Assembly (NCBI GenBank): GCA_951406725.2
Contig: OX597816.1
Location: 44,206,001-44,270,000 of the forward strand
Reading direction: 5' to 3'
Length of the DNA stretch: 64,000 nt
Origin: Octopus vulgaris
Lineage: Eukaryota
A program made the translations under genes and the position numbers. A model generated the notes under the pieces. It was given only the letters and a program-made list of their open reading frames with translations. It did not search any database and was not told the DNA's origin. Below are positions 30,850-44,902 of the stretch, one piece after another (position 1 is the first letter of the stretch; every line of letters starts with the position of its first letter).

Positions 30850-31600
30850 CATTACTTTAAGTTTCATGGCCGCAAAATATATCTGCACCATCAGACGTCC
30901 GGAGATAAACAGCTCTTGCTTTCTACCTGATATATTAATCCATGAAATACCAAACACTTCCAGCAGATCAGAGCAGACTTTCTTGCCTTCATTTCTGGTG
31001 TCAACTTCCGAGGTACCACACAATTTCTAGTAACTTTAGTCTTTTATAATCTTCTGTAATGCATCAAGATCGCAGTCAAGCTTACTAGTAAGCTCATGAA
31101 TTGTAATTAGCCTGAAAAAAGGTTTAAAGATCTCTTTCAGTCATGAATGACCATGGGATTGCACCTAGAAAGTTCTCCTCCGAGGCACAAGTCCGGTCAA
31201 AGTTGTTTATGGAAGAACAGCAGTCTCCCATGAATACCTTCCTCCACTCTCAATGCCACCGATGTTATCAAAGAGAAAGGCAAAGACCGATATAACTTGG
31301 CACTAGTGATGTTGCAACTCACGTTCTCGAGCCCGATGCTCTAACCACTGAGCCATGCGCCTTCACGTAACGCATGAATTAATTTGTCCATGGGTTGGTG
31401 AACCTGCCAGCAATCGCAGTTGACGGTCTCCCACTATTTGGTTAGTCGCCAAAGCTAGCTGCCCTTTCTTTAAACTTGTCTACCTATTTTTGCACAGCAC
31501 TGGTCTCATCTCCGTAAATAACCTGTAGCCTCCTGTGTATGTCAGATATCCTGCATCAAACTTTCACCTAAAAATTCAATCCCGCTGCACTTGCTTGGGA
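30850..31600 (-). mobile_element. Old mariner remnant interrupted by SINE-C
   Basis: ISDIHRRLQVIYGDE..VDKFKERAASFGD*PNSGRPSTA and ITIHELTSKL..(W)VPRKLTPEMKAR. Confidence 0.6.
31128..31365 (-). mobile_element. SINE-C (internally deleted)
   Basis: Homology to 19229-19555; ends ctaaccactgagccatgcgccttc. Confidence 0.75.
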
Positions 31601-31891
31601 CCCAATATGTGCCTGCAATGAAGTGGGAAAAAGTGTGTTAATATAGAGGATGCGCTACACTACCGATATGTATGTCAGCCAATACAACATTCCGGGGCCA
31701 CTTTAGCATTACTTCGCTACAGTTCTCGTGTGTGCTTGTTTGTGGGTGCATAAATTCTTTTGGATGTAGAAACGAGAAAGATTAACAATGGATGCATGTA
31801 GTAGTGTTAATTCATTTCAAAACGAAAGTGATACTCCTCTGCACTGACATTGTCACAGTTCCAAATTTTTGGTTTCTTTCTATGAAATTTT

Positions 31892-32029
<138 letters not shown>

Positions 32030-32131
32030 GCAGAAAGACAAATAGATAGAGTAGATAGACATACAGACAGACAGATAGATATACATACACACACATATAT
32101 ATACACATATGTATATACATATATTTATATA

Positions 32132-32167
<36 letters not shown>

Positions 32168-32178
32168 CATATACATAG

Positions 32179-32231
<53 letters not shown>

Positions 32232-32877
32232 GATATATATATATATATATACAGTATAATTAAACAAACGGAAAAATCATTTCAAAATCTATAAAGAACA
32301 GAGGTATATGTGCAAAATATAAATATGAACACGAAACAAAAATTGTACAAAATTTCCTAAAACAAGAGTGAAAATAGTTTAAAATATGACAAATTTCTAC
32401 GCCGTATTTGTTACCTGAAATTTAAGTAAACGACTTCAAAGTCACCGAGAATTGAGGGGAAAGAAAATACTTTGATATGTGGTTGAAATGTCTAGATTCG
32501 GCACGATCAAAGAGACAGATGCGACTAATTTTATCATACTTTCTTGAAGGCGTTAGGAAACTGGTAAGAATAAAAGAATAAAAAACTCATAAGATGTTAT
32601 TTATCAAGCGAAGTTGTGCCGACGGAAAATGATAATGATTCACATTCACATACATATCCACATAAAGTCATCCGTGCACGTGGTCTGTGTAAGAAACTGA
32701 ACGAATAAGAAAAGCGACTGAAGTTTACTGAAGTTTGGCAAGATTAAATTTTGATTGTAACTCATGTAGAATCAGCTCGGAATAATTTTATTTCCCTCTA
32801 CCAAATAGTGTTTTGTTCTTTGCTTTGCTAAATTGCATTTCGCACTAGTGTGTTAACACCATCAACATGTACATACA

Positions 32878-32945
<68 letters not shown>

Positions 32946-32969
32946 CATGTATGCATGTATGTATATATG

Positions 32970-33029
<60 letters not shown>

Positions 33030-33468
33030 TGAGAGAGTAAAGGAGAGAGAGAGAGAAAGTTAATGTGACTGTGTACACACACATAATATATATGTCTTCC
33101 ATTTATGTCGTTCCAGATATGAATACTAAACACAATATTACCCATATTCGTATTGCTACATAGACAGTCCATTTTTTTCAGGTGATATATATATGTATGT
33201 ATGTATATTGTTTTGTATGTTGTATGAATTTATACCAGAGAATATTAATGGCTGGAATTAAAGCGGAGATTAAAGACGACTTAAGATTCACTATTATCCA
33301 ACATTTTATATTTACAAATCATTCGTTATATTCAATATTTTAACGGTAACAACGTTATTTAAATATTTAATGATCATTGAGTTTGAGATTAGTACAGGTT
33401 TAAAATGAAGCTCAAGGAAGTTTCATTCAGTTTCTATTAATTTTTCTTTTAAAGTATACGTTTGGCAT

Positions 33469-33900
33469 TTGCCATATTCTGAACGCCTTACTTCCCTGAG
33501 CATAGATACATTGAAACTCCTATGTCTGGCAACTGACTTGGCAGACACCTATAAAATTATTAACAATAACTCTGAGCACCTTTTCAAACTCCATCTGTCT
33601 AACACCCGTGGACATATTTACAAAGTCAGTAAACAGTACAGCTCCCATGACTTTCGGAAACATTTTTTCACGCTAAGAGTTGCTGAAGTATGGAAGAAAC
33701 TGCCGGCATCAATTGTTAGATTCGCCAACACTACACCTCATTTTCTCCTCTCCATACACACGCAAGCATGTGTCTAACTCATACACTGTTCACTTTCCAG
33801 ACATTTATACATTACTGCATATGCTTTATACGCACTTTTGAAAAGTTGTGGTACACCTGAGCACTGTATACCATAATTTCATTATTATTTTTATTATTAT
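33469..33900 (+). mobile_element. CR1/L2-group LINE 3' fragment
   Basis: PYSERL..TRGHIYKV..RKHFFTLRVAEVWKKLPASIV C-terminal motif; (TTA)n-like tail. Confidence 0.8.
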
Positions 33901-34332
33901 ATTTAACAAATTTCTAATTGCGAATTTAGAAATATATTTAGATAAATATCAAATGTAACCCCAGGAAAATAGTAAATCCTTAGACTTAACTAAATTCAGT
34001 ATGGCATCTAATTTTTAGCATTTTTCACTTTACAACAAGCGATACTTTAAACAATGAGTTGTCAATCTTTTGAACGTCGTGGCTCAGTGGAAATGAAATT
34101 AAATATTATTGATTTCATATGGAAAACTTTAAAATATATTCTGTTTTAACATTAAGCATGTAGAAAAGAGCACTGAAAACCATTGCTAACCTAACTTTAT
34201 TAATCATATTTATGAATGATGATAGCATAACATGCTGCTCATAACGTTGAAGCATTAATATGAATTCTCTGAAGCATGTTATTTAGAAAGCCACAGAACA
34301 ATTAAATTCCTCCCGCTACCAGAAACTACGAA

Positions 34333-34390
<58 letters not shown>

Positions 34391-34406
34391 TGTGTGTGTG
34401 TGTCGT

Positions 34407-34758
34407 GGCACTCCGTCGGTTACAACGACGAGGCAGATCCGATCAAAAAGAACAGCCTACTCGTGGAATTGACATACAAGTGGCTGAGCACTCCACAGAC
34501 ACATGTACCCTTAACGTAGTTCTCGGGGAGATTCAGCGTGACACAGAGTGTGACAAGACTGGCTGTTTGAAATACAGGCACAGCAGAAAGAGTGAGAGAA
34601 AGTTGTGGTAAAAGAATACAGCAGGGTTTGCCACCATCTCCTGCCGAAACTTTAGGTGTTTTTGCTCAATTAACACTCAAGCCGCCCTTTCTAGGGATTG
34701 AAACCGCGATCCTACGACCCCATGTCCGCTTCCTTAACCACTGGTTCATTGCGCCTCC
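34407..34758 (-). mobile_element. SINE-D (second tail type)
   Basis: Head homologous to 25666; tail shared with 59935-60210. Confidence 0.8.
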
Positions 34759-34759
34759 A

Positions 34760-34840
<81 letters not shown>

Positions 34841-35272
34841 TGTATGTATATATGTATGTATATAACCCTACCCCAACCCAACCCAACACCTACACATTTC
34901 AACCCTACCTTCCCAATCCTTCGCAACCCACCCCTCCTCTAACCCCACCCTCTGCCTACCCACATACACCACCTCTACCGCCACCCTCAGCCTAATCCAC
35001 GCACACACTAGCACTGACCACTTACCAGCCCCACATTTTCACACCTACACATACACCCACGTACACGTCAAGGTCACCATTCCTCTTCCACACGCACATA
35101 CACATACTCTCTTATGCATACGTATGCACACCTTCGTTTTGGGATCACCACAACTTTATTAACTCCCCTTCTCCCTAGCTCTCCTGTGTGACCTTTCTAT
35201 CCGGCATTCGCCGTGATAGATCGCTAGCCACTACACATTTTTCCTCTTCTCTCCTTGTTTCTTCTCTGTTCC

Positions 35273-35562
35273 TTTCGGTGGGAGAGCGTAGGCTCGAAAC
35301 GTTAAAGACTTTGTCACTTCCCGAGCGTTAGACTAATACATCTGTTTATTGTCTACACCACCTGTCTTCGTCTTTTGTTTTTTGTGAATTCTCCCTATAT
35401 ATATAAATGCTCTCACAAACGCACACACACAAACATATACACAAAATTCCCAAAAAACAAAAGACGAAGACAGGCGGTGTAGACAACAAACAGATGTATT
35501 AGTTTAACGCTCGGGAAGTGACAAAGTCTTTAACGTTTCGAGCCTACGTTCTCCCACAGAAA
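35273..35562. repeat. ~118-bp inverted repeat of PLE pLTR-like sequence
   Basis: Arms 35273-35390 and 35445-35562 with a ~54-bp spacer; each arm carries a degenerate hammerhead (cgtaggctcgaaacgttaaagac). Confidence 0.85.
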
Positions 35563-35579
35563 TCCACCACATATACATA

Positions 35580-35650
<71 letters not shown>

Positions 35651-36530
35651 ATGAGCGGAAGACAAAAGGTAATTAGCGTTGTTATGCAGTGAACCACTAA
35701 AAGTAAACAAAATATACTATTCTACAATCACGACTAGTAATATTTTGTGACGGGCCTCTATCAAAATTTGTAACAAAACACTGTAAAATATTAGTTATGT
35801 GATATCGTTCCAACAGAGAGAAAAGTAAAAGAAAAAAGCGTTGTAGTAATGCTAATTCGGCATCAACTGCAATAAGATTAATTGTGTACGCTTCTTATGA
35901 AAAGAAAGAAGCGAAAAGAGAGTACAAAATTAAGCGTATTTTGATACGAAATATCACAAAGAAAAAAAAAATTTAATCAGAGCCATAGAATTTAATCTCT
36001 TTTGTACAATTTTTGAGCAAGGCTTTGTCTTTAATCATTGTGCTAGGATAAATTTTCGTTCAGCGGGATCAGGTATAAGACTTAGCAATAAAATTAGATC
36101 AGCTTAACAATTTTTTTTACAAATTTCTGATATTAGGTGTTGGCTGTCGAATATTATTTCATTCACACGGTCTGCAATGTTAGCAACAGAAGAAACAGGT
36201 TTTTCTTATAGACATTTCAAATGCTGTAAGTTAAGCTTTCCATCATTTAACATTAGTGTTATCAGCGTATCTTTCCTTAAAATTGATATCTGGTGATCAA
36301 GTTTGGTATCAACTGTAGAAATTAATAAAAATACATGTGTCTCAAATGACCTGGATGTATCTCCAGAAATGTGCTTTCTCCAATTATCATGTAAAACGTC
36401 TCTAAATGCCTTTCTTCCTATATTTCGCACACCATCATCATAAGTATCAAAAGAATTCTCATTCTTCATCTGTTTAGTATTTTGATATCTTAATATGGTA
36501 TATTAGCTACTTGTAATTAATCTGATAAAT

Positions 36531-36591
<61 letters not shown>

Positions 36592-38568
36592 ATATACATC
36601 TATATATAAAAGGCAAAGCCTCTATTTGCGGCTTGCATCCAAATTATAACGTTAACTTTTGACAGTACATTTTCTTACCAACTTCCAGATAGAGCTGGAT
36701 AATCATGAAAAGTTTGTCGGATTGAAAGCAACGCGTCCTTCAGTTTGGTTGCACCAGATCTCAATTTGCTTTCAGCCTCTTCCATACTTTTGTTTCAAAT
36801 TACCAAGTACATTCTTCCATTTTGGTGAATACTTGATAAGGTTAACGCCTGCTTTTCTCCTTCTTAACATATCAGATATCTTAAACTGAATTGTAGCTTC
36901 TTTCAGTCTCAAAGAATATGCTCAAGAATTTGTTGACGTACTGATATTCTATGAGTAGACATTATAAAAATTACAGACGAGTTTTAATTTTCACCCTCGA
37001 AATCTTGTGTATAAAACATAATTCTTTACCTATTACATACTCAATTTTCATTTAACTTTTCACGGAAATAAACAATATGAGAGATGGTAGGTTAGGTGAA
37101 AATGAATGAATCCCATTGTGATTATAATTCATTACTTGCTTGCTTGAGTAATAGAAGAAAAAACGGGGTCCGTTTCGTTGGTTGTTTTAGATAATGAACA
37201 CACAAATTCTGAAACGGAAATGATTTTACTAGAAATCTTTGGATGCATTTGCGTTTGTATCGCTCAGATTCTTTCAGCAGCCAATAGAAAGGAGTTATTA
37301 TAATTTATTGATTTTTGTTGAAACAAATAGCATCATTTGATACTTGCTCTTGCTGGGTACATATAAACGTATTTAATAATTTTATTAGATGCAGTTTTTC
37401 AAATAAAACAAGATATTTTCTCAGCCAGACATTCGACATTTTACCTACTTATATTAACCTGACGAACTAGAATGTTTAACCTTTCAGGCCTATCTCATAT
37501 ACAAACATTTAAGTGTCTGACTTTGGAGTAAGTTCAGACCGATGTTCTTACACGTATGGAATACAGAGACAATTGTAATCTCTCTTCATTTGATTGGTGA
37601 TTTAAACTATACATTGACTGAATGAGGTTGACATAACAGAGCTATTTTATAATTAAAATCTGTGAGAAGTCATATTTTACCTCACTTACAATGTGATAGT
37701 CACATGAAAAGTTGTGCAGGCTAATCACGAATTGGTAATTTTCTGAACATAGCCTGCGTATATAAATTTGATTGTGATTATATCATGTTTTTATTAACAA
37801 TTCATTATTTCAGCTACTGTGCAACAAGAAAAACATATTTTCAGTATAAATTAATAATTCAGATCTGAAAAGGTTAACTGATAACTAATAAAAATAGTAA
37901 TTCCCATTAGAAATAATTAAAAGAAAATAACAATTTACAAAACAACTAATTAGAAGTACAATTTGTAAAAAAAACTAGCGATACTCTGTATTGGCAAAAT
38001 TTAATGTCTGCATAAATTTGTGAAAAGTCTATATTTTGATTGTGGCAGTAATATTTTCTTTCAAGGCGACGCAGAGGCAGATTTGTGTGCACGTGTTTTC
38101 TTTTTCCTTTATATGCACTTTGACAAAATCATTCACGTTCGTCCAATGTAGTAAGATGTCTTGACAGGCAATTCAAAGTGAAAGTTTCAGAGCGGCTGAT
38201 TTTCATATATCCTCTACGAACATAAAAATTTCATGTCTGTGACTTCGCAGAGATTCTACTAAACAATTTCAGATGTTCAGAAAGCTTCATGTCGAATGGT
38301 TTTATTTGTATGGCAAATCAGAGACTCGTCCTGCCAGAAAACGATTTTGGCTTCTCTTAGTGTGTTGAAAGGAGCTAAAAATATTATTTTATGCCTGTTT
38401 TTTAATGAATTTTTCTTTGATTTTCCTTTCAACTATAGACAAATATAACTGCTTATAGTGTTAGGTAACTGCGCTCATATAAAAAATATTTTTGTTGTTT
38501 TTGTAAAATCTCAGAAAATAATTAAAAATTCACATTTTTTATCAAATTATTTTGTTATATTTGTCTAT

Positions 38569-38640
38569 AATATTCGTGTATAGCTGCTGTTTAATATTCG
38601 TGCATAGCTGCTCTTTAATATTCGTGTATAGCTGCTGTTT
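38569..38640. repeat. 3 x 24-bp tandem repeat aatattcgtgtatagctgctgttt
   Basis: Direct observation; two substitutions in the middle unit. Confidence 0.9.
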
Positions 38641-39404
38641 CGATCCCGTTGAATCTCCTCAGTGCGGAGTAACCAAATGTTTCCGGGTGTATTAATTACA
38701 TGACTTTACATTAAATTATTTTCATTGCAGAACGAGAGAGAGGGAGGAGAGACAGAGAAGGGGAGAGAGAGAGGGGGAGAAAGAAAAGGGGAGAATCAGC
38801 GAGAAAGAAAGAAGGAAGGAGAAGAGAAGAAGGAGTGAGAGAGAAGAAGGAGTGAAAGGTGAAGAGAGACAGAAAAGATTTTTTTTTATTTCAATTTTAT
38901 GTCCACTCTAAAATCCTATTCGGAACAATCACAAAATATTTCCAGCTGGCGAATGTTAATCCAGGTATTTAGTGTAATTATAATTGCCATTATATAAGTG
39001 GTAATACTTTTGCTGTTCTGTTGTTTTAAAAACCTAACCAATTGCAGTCATTTCGAGTGGTACAATTGTGCAGGTCCTTCAATGAACCAGCTTAGGCAGA
39101 GATTTACTCCTTTCAGGTACGTCGACGACCACAGTCGTGCATTTCAGAGATCCAGAGCTGTTCGGTTAGAACAATTTCTAGCAATGAAACTCCACGCTGA
39201 TATATTTATCTACATATGCACAAATATTCACTAATACACTTCTACAACGATTTAACATCTAAAATTGCTCACTCAGTGGAACGTAGTGCAAAGTGAACGT
39301 AATGCATGATGTAACGTTTTTCTTCATTAATAAAGAACATGTCGAAACAGGTGTAGTGAACCTCAAACAATCTGTGTTACTGTGTGTATGTACGTACGAA
39401 TGCA

Positions 39405-39757
39405 TGGTGTCAAGTGGTATTGGTCTCTGCCCTTCCCTTGACTAACACTGGTGGCGGAGGAGAGGGGAGATGTGTCACATGGGCAACTGGCGATCTCCGA
39501 TGAAAAACTACCCAGGCTTCCACCCTGGAGAGAACACTCCAGTGCCAACTAACTGCGGTGGTAAAACATAGAAAGGACGAGTCTACCGGTTTTAAAGCTG
39601 CACGTAATTGGCACAAGAACAAGGCGCCACGGGCTGCTTTTGATAGAGGGAGAGGCCATTGTGCCTCACTGAACAGCTACCGCCCACCTCAAGCTGGGCA
39701 TTCCCCAACCAGTTAGGTGCTTAATCCATGGCCCCTCGAGAACGATAGATGCTTACC
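39405..39757 (+). mobile_element. Probable RTE-clade LINE 5' UTR fragment
   Basis: GC-richer island with acagctaccgcccacctcaagctgggca, recalled as typical of RTE 5' UTRs; first ~140 bp resemble the SINE-C body. Confidence 0.45.
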
Positions 39758-40266
39758 ATATATATATATACATTAATTGAAGTGTACACTATAATATATC
39801 CGTTACAGCTGATCTTACCAATTGGTTTCGCACTAGGAGTTAAATGGAGTGTTAGGTAACAGTCCGATTACGTGACCCTGCGCTCGTTAGAGGTAGCAGT
39901 TACGGGATGAAATATGGTGACATACACACACACACACACACACACAGAGACAAACACTCTTACACACAAACACACACACAAACACACATACATGTATGTC
40001 AGTTATTTTACATTTTAAATTCCCCTTTCGTAACTGCTAGGAACTTTGTTACACTTTCACTCATATAGCTATCTTCCTAATCCATTACATTATCCTCACT
40101 TTCGTCCTTATATTCAACCACTCGCTGCTACCTTCACCATCATCATTATCGTCAGCAACGACGTTCGCTCTTCTGCATTTTCTTCCTCCTCCTCCTATCG
40201 TCATTTTCACTCTACTTTTTATTATGCACACTCCAACCCAACTTCCTCCTTCCCTACTCCACCTCT

Positions 40267-40297
<31 letters not shown>

Positions 40298-40523
40298 TCT
40301 TCTTCTTTTTCTTCTTCTTCGTCTTCTTTTTCTTCTTCTTCCTTCTCTTCGTCGTTGTTCTCGCCCCTGTGCTTCAACGTTCTCCTACTTTTTATCATGG
40401 TAATTTTTTTAATCGCCATTGTTCCTTTCCATATTTTACGTTCTCCGTCACTTCTCACTTTCTCTCTCTCTCTCTCACTCTCATTTTCTCTCTCTCTCAA
40501 TTACTCTCTATCTCTCCACATAC

Positions 40524-40579
<56 letters not shown>

Positions 40580-41007
40580 CTGTTTCTCTCCATTTCAGAT
40601 TTTCTTTTGTATGAACTAGTCCTGCAGCTACAATCTGTTACGATACTTATTTCATCAATTAAAAGTTGCCTTCAGTTTTCTTCAAAGATATATCCATTGA
40701 TTTGTGGAACAATTATGCAATTTTGAATAATGAATTACAAATTTAAGAAATTTAACAACGAATTTATAGAAGAAAAAGGAGTTAGTGAAGCAAAACAAAA
40801 GAAAAAAGATGTCAGATAAAGAAACGATATCAAACTTTAATAACGACATGAAAGAGAACAACTGGCATCTAGAAATGTGAAGTCAATTTGTAAATCGATA
40901 TGCATACATACATTTAATGTGTGTGTGTGTAACCATAGATTAGTGCGACTTATAAATCTTTATAGAGAGATGTGTATACATATATAAATATATATACATA
41001 AATACAT

Positions 41008-41050
<43 letters not shown>

Positions 41051-41400
41051 TACAAATATCGACTTACACATTGCACTACGGTATGACTGTACCCAAACAC
41101 TCACACACGCGCACACAAACACACACAAACACATACATATATATATATATATGTATATATATATGTGTGTGTGTGAATGTATATATATATATATAGTCTT
41201 TGTATGTATGTATACATTTATTTATATACATTTATATCGTTAAATAAATATATATATATATTTACATATATACTTATACAAACATATACATATGTATATG
41301 TATATATATATATATACATACACGAATGCATACATAACTATGTATACACATATATATATGTACATATATATACATACACACACACAGATATACATATATA

Positions 41401-42681
41401 CGAGGGGCGTTCAATAAGTAATGCCCCTGATCCACTTGATCTAGCTGAAATTTTGCATGTGCAATTACGTATATTTCTATAGATTAAGTGGCAAATTACA
41501 GCTCTAAACTAATTGTGGTTTGTGATTTACAGGTGTTTGAACTGAGTCAAGTGTGAAATGGAGTCTGTTGCATGTCGAGCAGTGATCCGGTTTTTGTATT
41601 TGAAAGGACGCACACCACGGGAGACTTTTGATGAAATGAAAGTAACTTATTGTGATAATGTCTCATCATATGACCTTGTAAAACGCTGGCATCGTGAATT
41701 CAAACATGGTTGGAACTCTGTGGAAACAGCTCCCAGATCTGGTCGCCCCCTTCTGCCATTGATGAGGCATCTGTCTGTCAAGTTGAGGCTGCCATTTTGG
41801 AAGATCGACGCATAACTATTCGCGAAATAGCCCATGAGGTCAAGATTAGTACCGGGTCTCTGGAAACTATCATTCATGACCATTTGCATATGCAAAAGGT
41901 GTCTGCCAGATGGATTCCCAGGCTGCTCACATCTTTCCAGAAGCAAGAACGCGTCGATTGCTCGAGGATGAATTTGGAGATATGCCAAGAAGATGAGTCA
42001 AAATTTTTCAAAAGACTGATTACACAGGATGAAACCTGGGTCCATCACTATGATCCAGAGACCAAAGCCCAGTCAATGCAGTGAAAGCACCGTGACTCAC
42101 CTCCTCCAAAGAAGGCAAGGGTGCAGCCCTCCGCTGGCAAGGTCATGTTCACAGTCTTCTGGGACCAGGACGGAGTAGTGATGACAGATTTCCTGGCAAA
42201 TGGTGCCACAATTACAGGAGCCTATTATGCTTCACTTTTGAGGAAATTAAGAGAAGCTATCAAAATCAAGAGGCGGGGCAAGATCAGCAAAGGCATCCTC
42301 CTCCTGCAGAACAACGCTCTGGTCCACAACTCGCGTGTCGCCAGATCAGAAGCACAAGCGTGCGGCTATGAACTCCTCCCCCATCCCCCTACTCTTCTGA
42401 CCTTGCACCTTCTGATTTTGACTTCTTCCCAGCCATGAAGTTGTTTTTGAAAGGAAAGCGTTTCCCAGATGATGCAGCCTTGATTTCTGAAGTCACGTCG
42501 TGGCTGGAGGACCAAGCTGGTGTCTTCTACAGAAACGGTCTTCAGAGCTGCATCAAAGGATGGGAGAAATGCGTAACTCTGGGTGGTTCCTATGTAGAAA
42601 AAGACTAATAATTGAGCCAAGTTTCGTTGCTCTACTGCTATGGGAAGTGGGTCAGGGGCATTACTTATTGAACGCCCCTCG
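41401..42681 (+). mobile_element. Full-length mariner (DD34D, irritans-like) transposon, 1281 bp
   Basis: Perfect 30-bp TIRs cgaggggcgttcaataagtaatgcccctga (41401-41430 / 42652-42681), TA on both sides, internal transposase. Confidence 0.95.
41558..42608 (+). pseudogene. Mariner transposase pseudogene
   Basis: HTH..RSGRP, WIPRLLT, ITQDETWV, QNNA (second catalytic D to N), YSSDLAPSD; two frameshifts and a TGA at 42082-42084. Confidence 0.9.
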
Positions 42682-43329
42682 TATATACATAGATTTCTTG
42701 CTTACAAGCAAATACGCATGCTCTCATATAAGTGTCTGCATGTACATGCGTATATGCGTGTGTGTTCGTGTGTCGGTGGTATGGATGAAATACTAGTTAA
42801 GGCGGTGTAATATTTTCCAAAGCGTCTGCACGAAGAGCGAGCGCAAGACTAACTACGCCACTATTTCCATTTTTAACAATTATACCACTATGTAATCTAT
42901 AAAATATATTGCATACATATTTTTACGTTTGAGTGTGAATCCATACATACATCGCTAGATATATGCAAGCACAAAATTCTCTAGCAATATGCAAGTATTA
43001 TGAAGATAATATGAATGCGCAAACACGTAATTTAAAACGAATTGCATTTGGTCCTTGATTTACGCATTACTCGGTTTTCACATCTTCAAGGGTCTCTAGA
43101 GTAGCCTTATACATCAAGTGCGTAGCTCAGTGATTAGAGAGACTTTCGAGGTAGCGCTGCATTTAGGGGTCACACTCTCGGTTCTATGGACATGTGTTTA
43201 GAATGTCGCAGGAAGGAATAAAAACAAGATAGTTTCTTCAGGCGGAGCAAACATGCAGGACACCTAGTGTTAGTTTAGAACAAGAATGTTTAGATATATT
43301 TATAGCCTCAGTTGGTTATGCATAAGAAT

Positions 43330-43735
43330 CCAACCAGATATTCTAGCAACTAGCAACACTTGCTTCTGATAGGATACTATGAAAGAACCACATGAACGCT
43401 CCACTCCAAAGACTGTCCAGGATTAGTGGACGGAGAATATGGATAAAATACAGGAACAACGTAGCAGTTTGTCATATCAGATTTCAGAAATTCTAACGAC
43501 ACTTGCATCGAATCGACCCCTATGGAAGAGACACGTCAGCGCTCTGCTCCTACGACCCGCTATGATTAGTGGACAGTGAAGTTGTATAGAATACAGGAAC
43601 AGCAAAAAGGTCCATTTCAGTTTCCGGAAATCCTAACGACACTTGCTTCTGATAGAACCCTTTGGAGGAGACACGTGAGAGCTCTATTCCTGCGGATTTC
43701 CAGGAATAGGGAAGTTGAATGGATGGAATAAAGGT
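43330..43735 (+). repeat. Three diverged ~140-bp tandem units resembling RTE LINE 3' ends
   Basis: acacttgc(t/a)tc at ~43356, ~43499 and ~43639; the third unit reads EILTTLASDRTLWRRHV. Confidence 0.55.
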
Positions 43736-44672
43736 ATAGAGAAAATGGTTCGCTATTTCTGTTTCTGTGATCAATTTTCCTTTCAGTTTATGATCACTTC
43801 TTCGAGCGGAAGATAGTCACATTTTAAATCTTCACTTCGAATTAGTCTCCTATATTTTTGTTTTTTATATATTATTGTCTTTCATAATTTGGGGTATATT
43901 TTCAAAATTGTATATTTTCGAATGAGATCAGACTCGATTTCAACCTCAAAGTGAAATATTTGAATATTAAATAAAATTCAAAGTGGGAAACGTTCGACAG
44001 ATATTGTGAACTATTATAAAATATACGATGCCCTCGTTAGAATAGCTAAAAGAAAATCTGAAACAAGTTATTTATTGAATTTTCATTAAGTTCATAACAC
44101 GTTATACATATGTTGTAACATTATAGAAACAATAGGAAACTGTCAATATTTTGAGAAGTTAAAGCAAAAGATTTGAACATTATGTTTACACACACACAAC
44201 ACACACACACACACACGCACGCAATACTCACATACAAACGTATATACACACACGCATATATAATTTGGTTGTATATTTGTGTGTATGCATATATGTATAA
44301 CTCTTTCTCTCTCTCTCTCTTTATATATATGTGAGTGTGTTTATACATACACATATACACACATACATACACCTATATACATACGCGCACACACATAATC
44401 CAGGTAAGATAAAGAGTTTAGCGCATCTTTAATGACCAGTTACAATTGTTTCGTACCCCTCTGTTTTTAGCACTATTGTACACAAAAAGTCCATGTAAAT
44501 TTACATAATATTTGCGGTTTTATACAATACAGTGGCTCTTGGTCACACTAGCATCAAAAGGTCACCTCTTACACTGTACATTTGTATTTGTTTCGCAATA
44601 TTCTTGATGTAAACTTGTTTGTTGAAACAAATTTGTAGGTATCCTAGTAGATAATAAAAATGTAGTACAGTG

Positions 44673-44902
44673 ATGGAAGTGGGTGACAAAGAGACATATG
44701 GGGAAAAACAGGAAAAAGTACACAAAGAGACATACGATGTACACAGACATGCTCAAACCCTCATCAGTTGTCGACCAAATATCATCAAGTTTTCGATACC
44801 TTCCGACAATATTGTTCAATTCAGCAGTGACGGCAATATCTGTTGCTATATTGTAAATGAGCAAATCGATATGATAGATGAACACGAACAGAAAAAAATA
44901 AG
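44673..44902 (+). CDS. Candidate coding exon of an unknown gene (exon ~44639-44902)
   Basis: Non-repetitive ORF with acceptor tttgtag| at 44638 and consensus donor AG|GTAAGT at 44902/44903; no recognised domain. Confidence 0.3.

Noticed and set aside
40046-40726. 226-aa hydrophobic ORF
   Set aside because: Built from (CTT)n, (CT)n and (TA)n low-complexity sequence.
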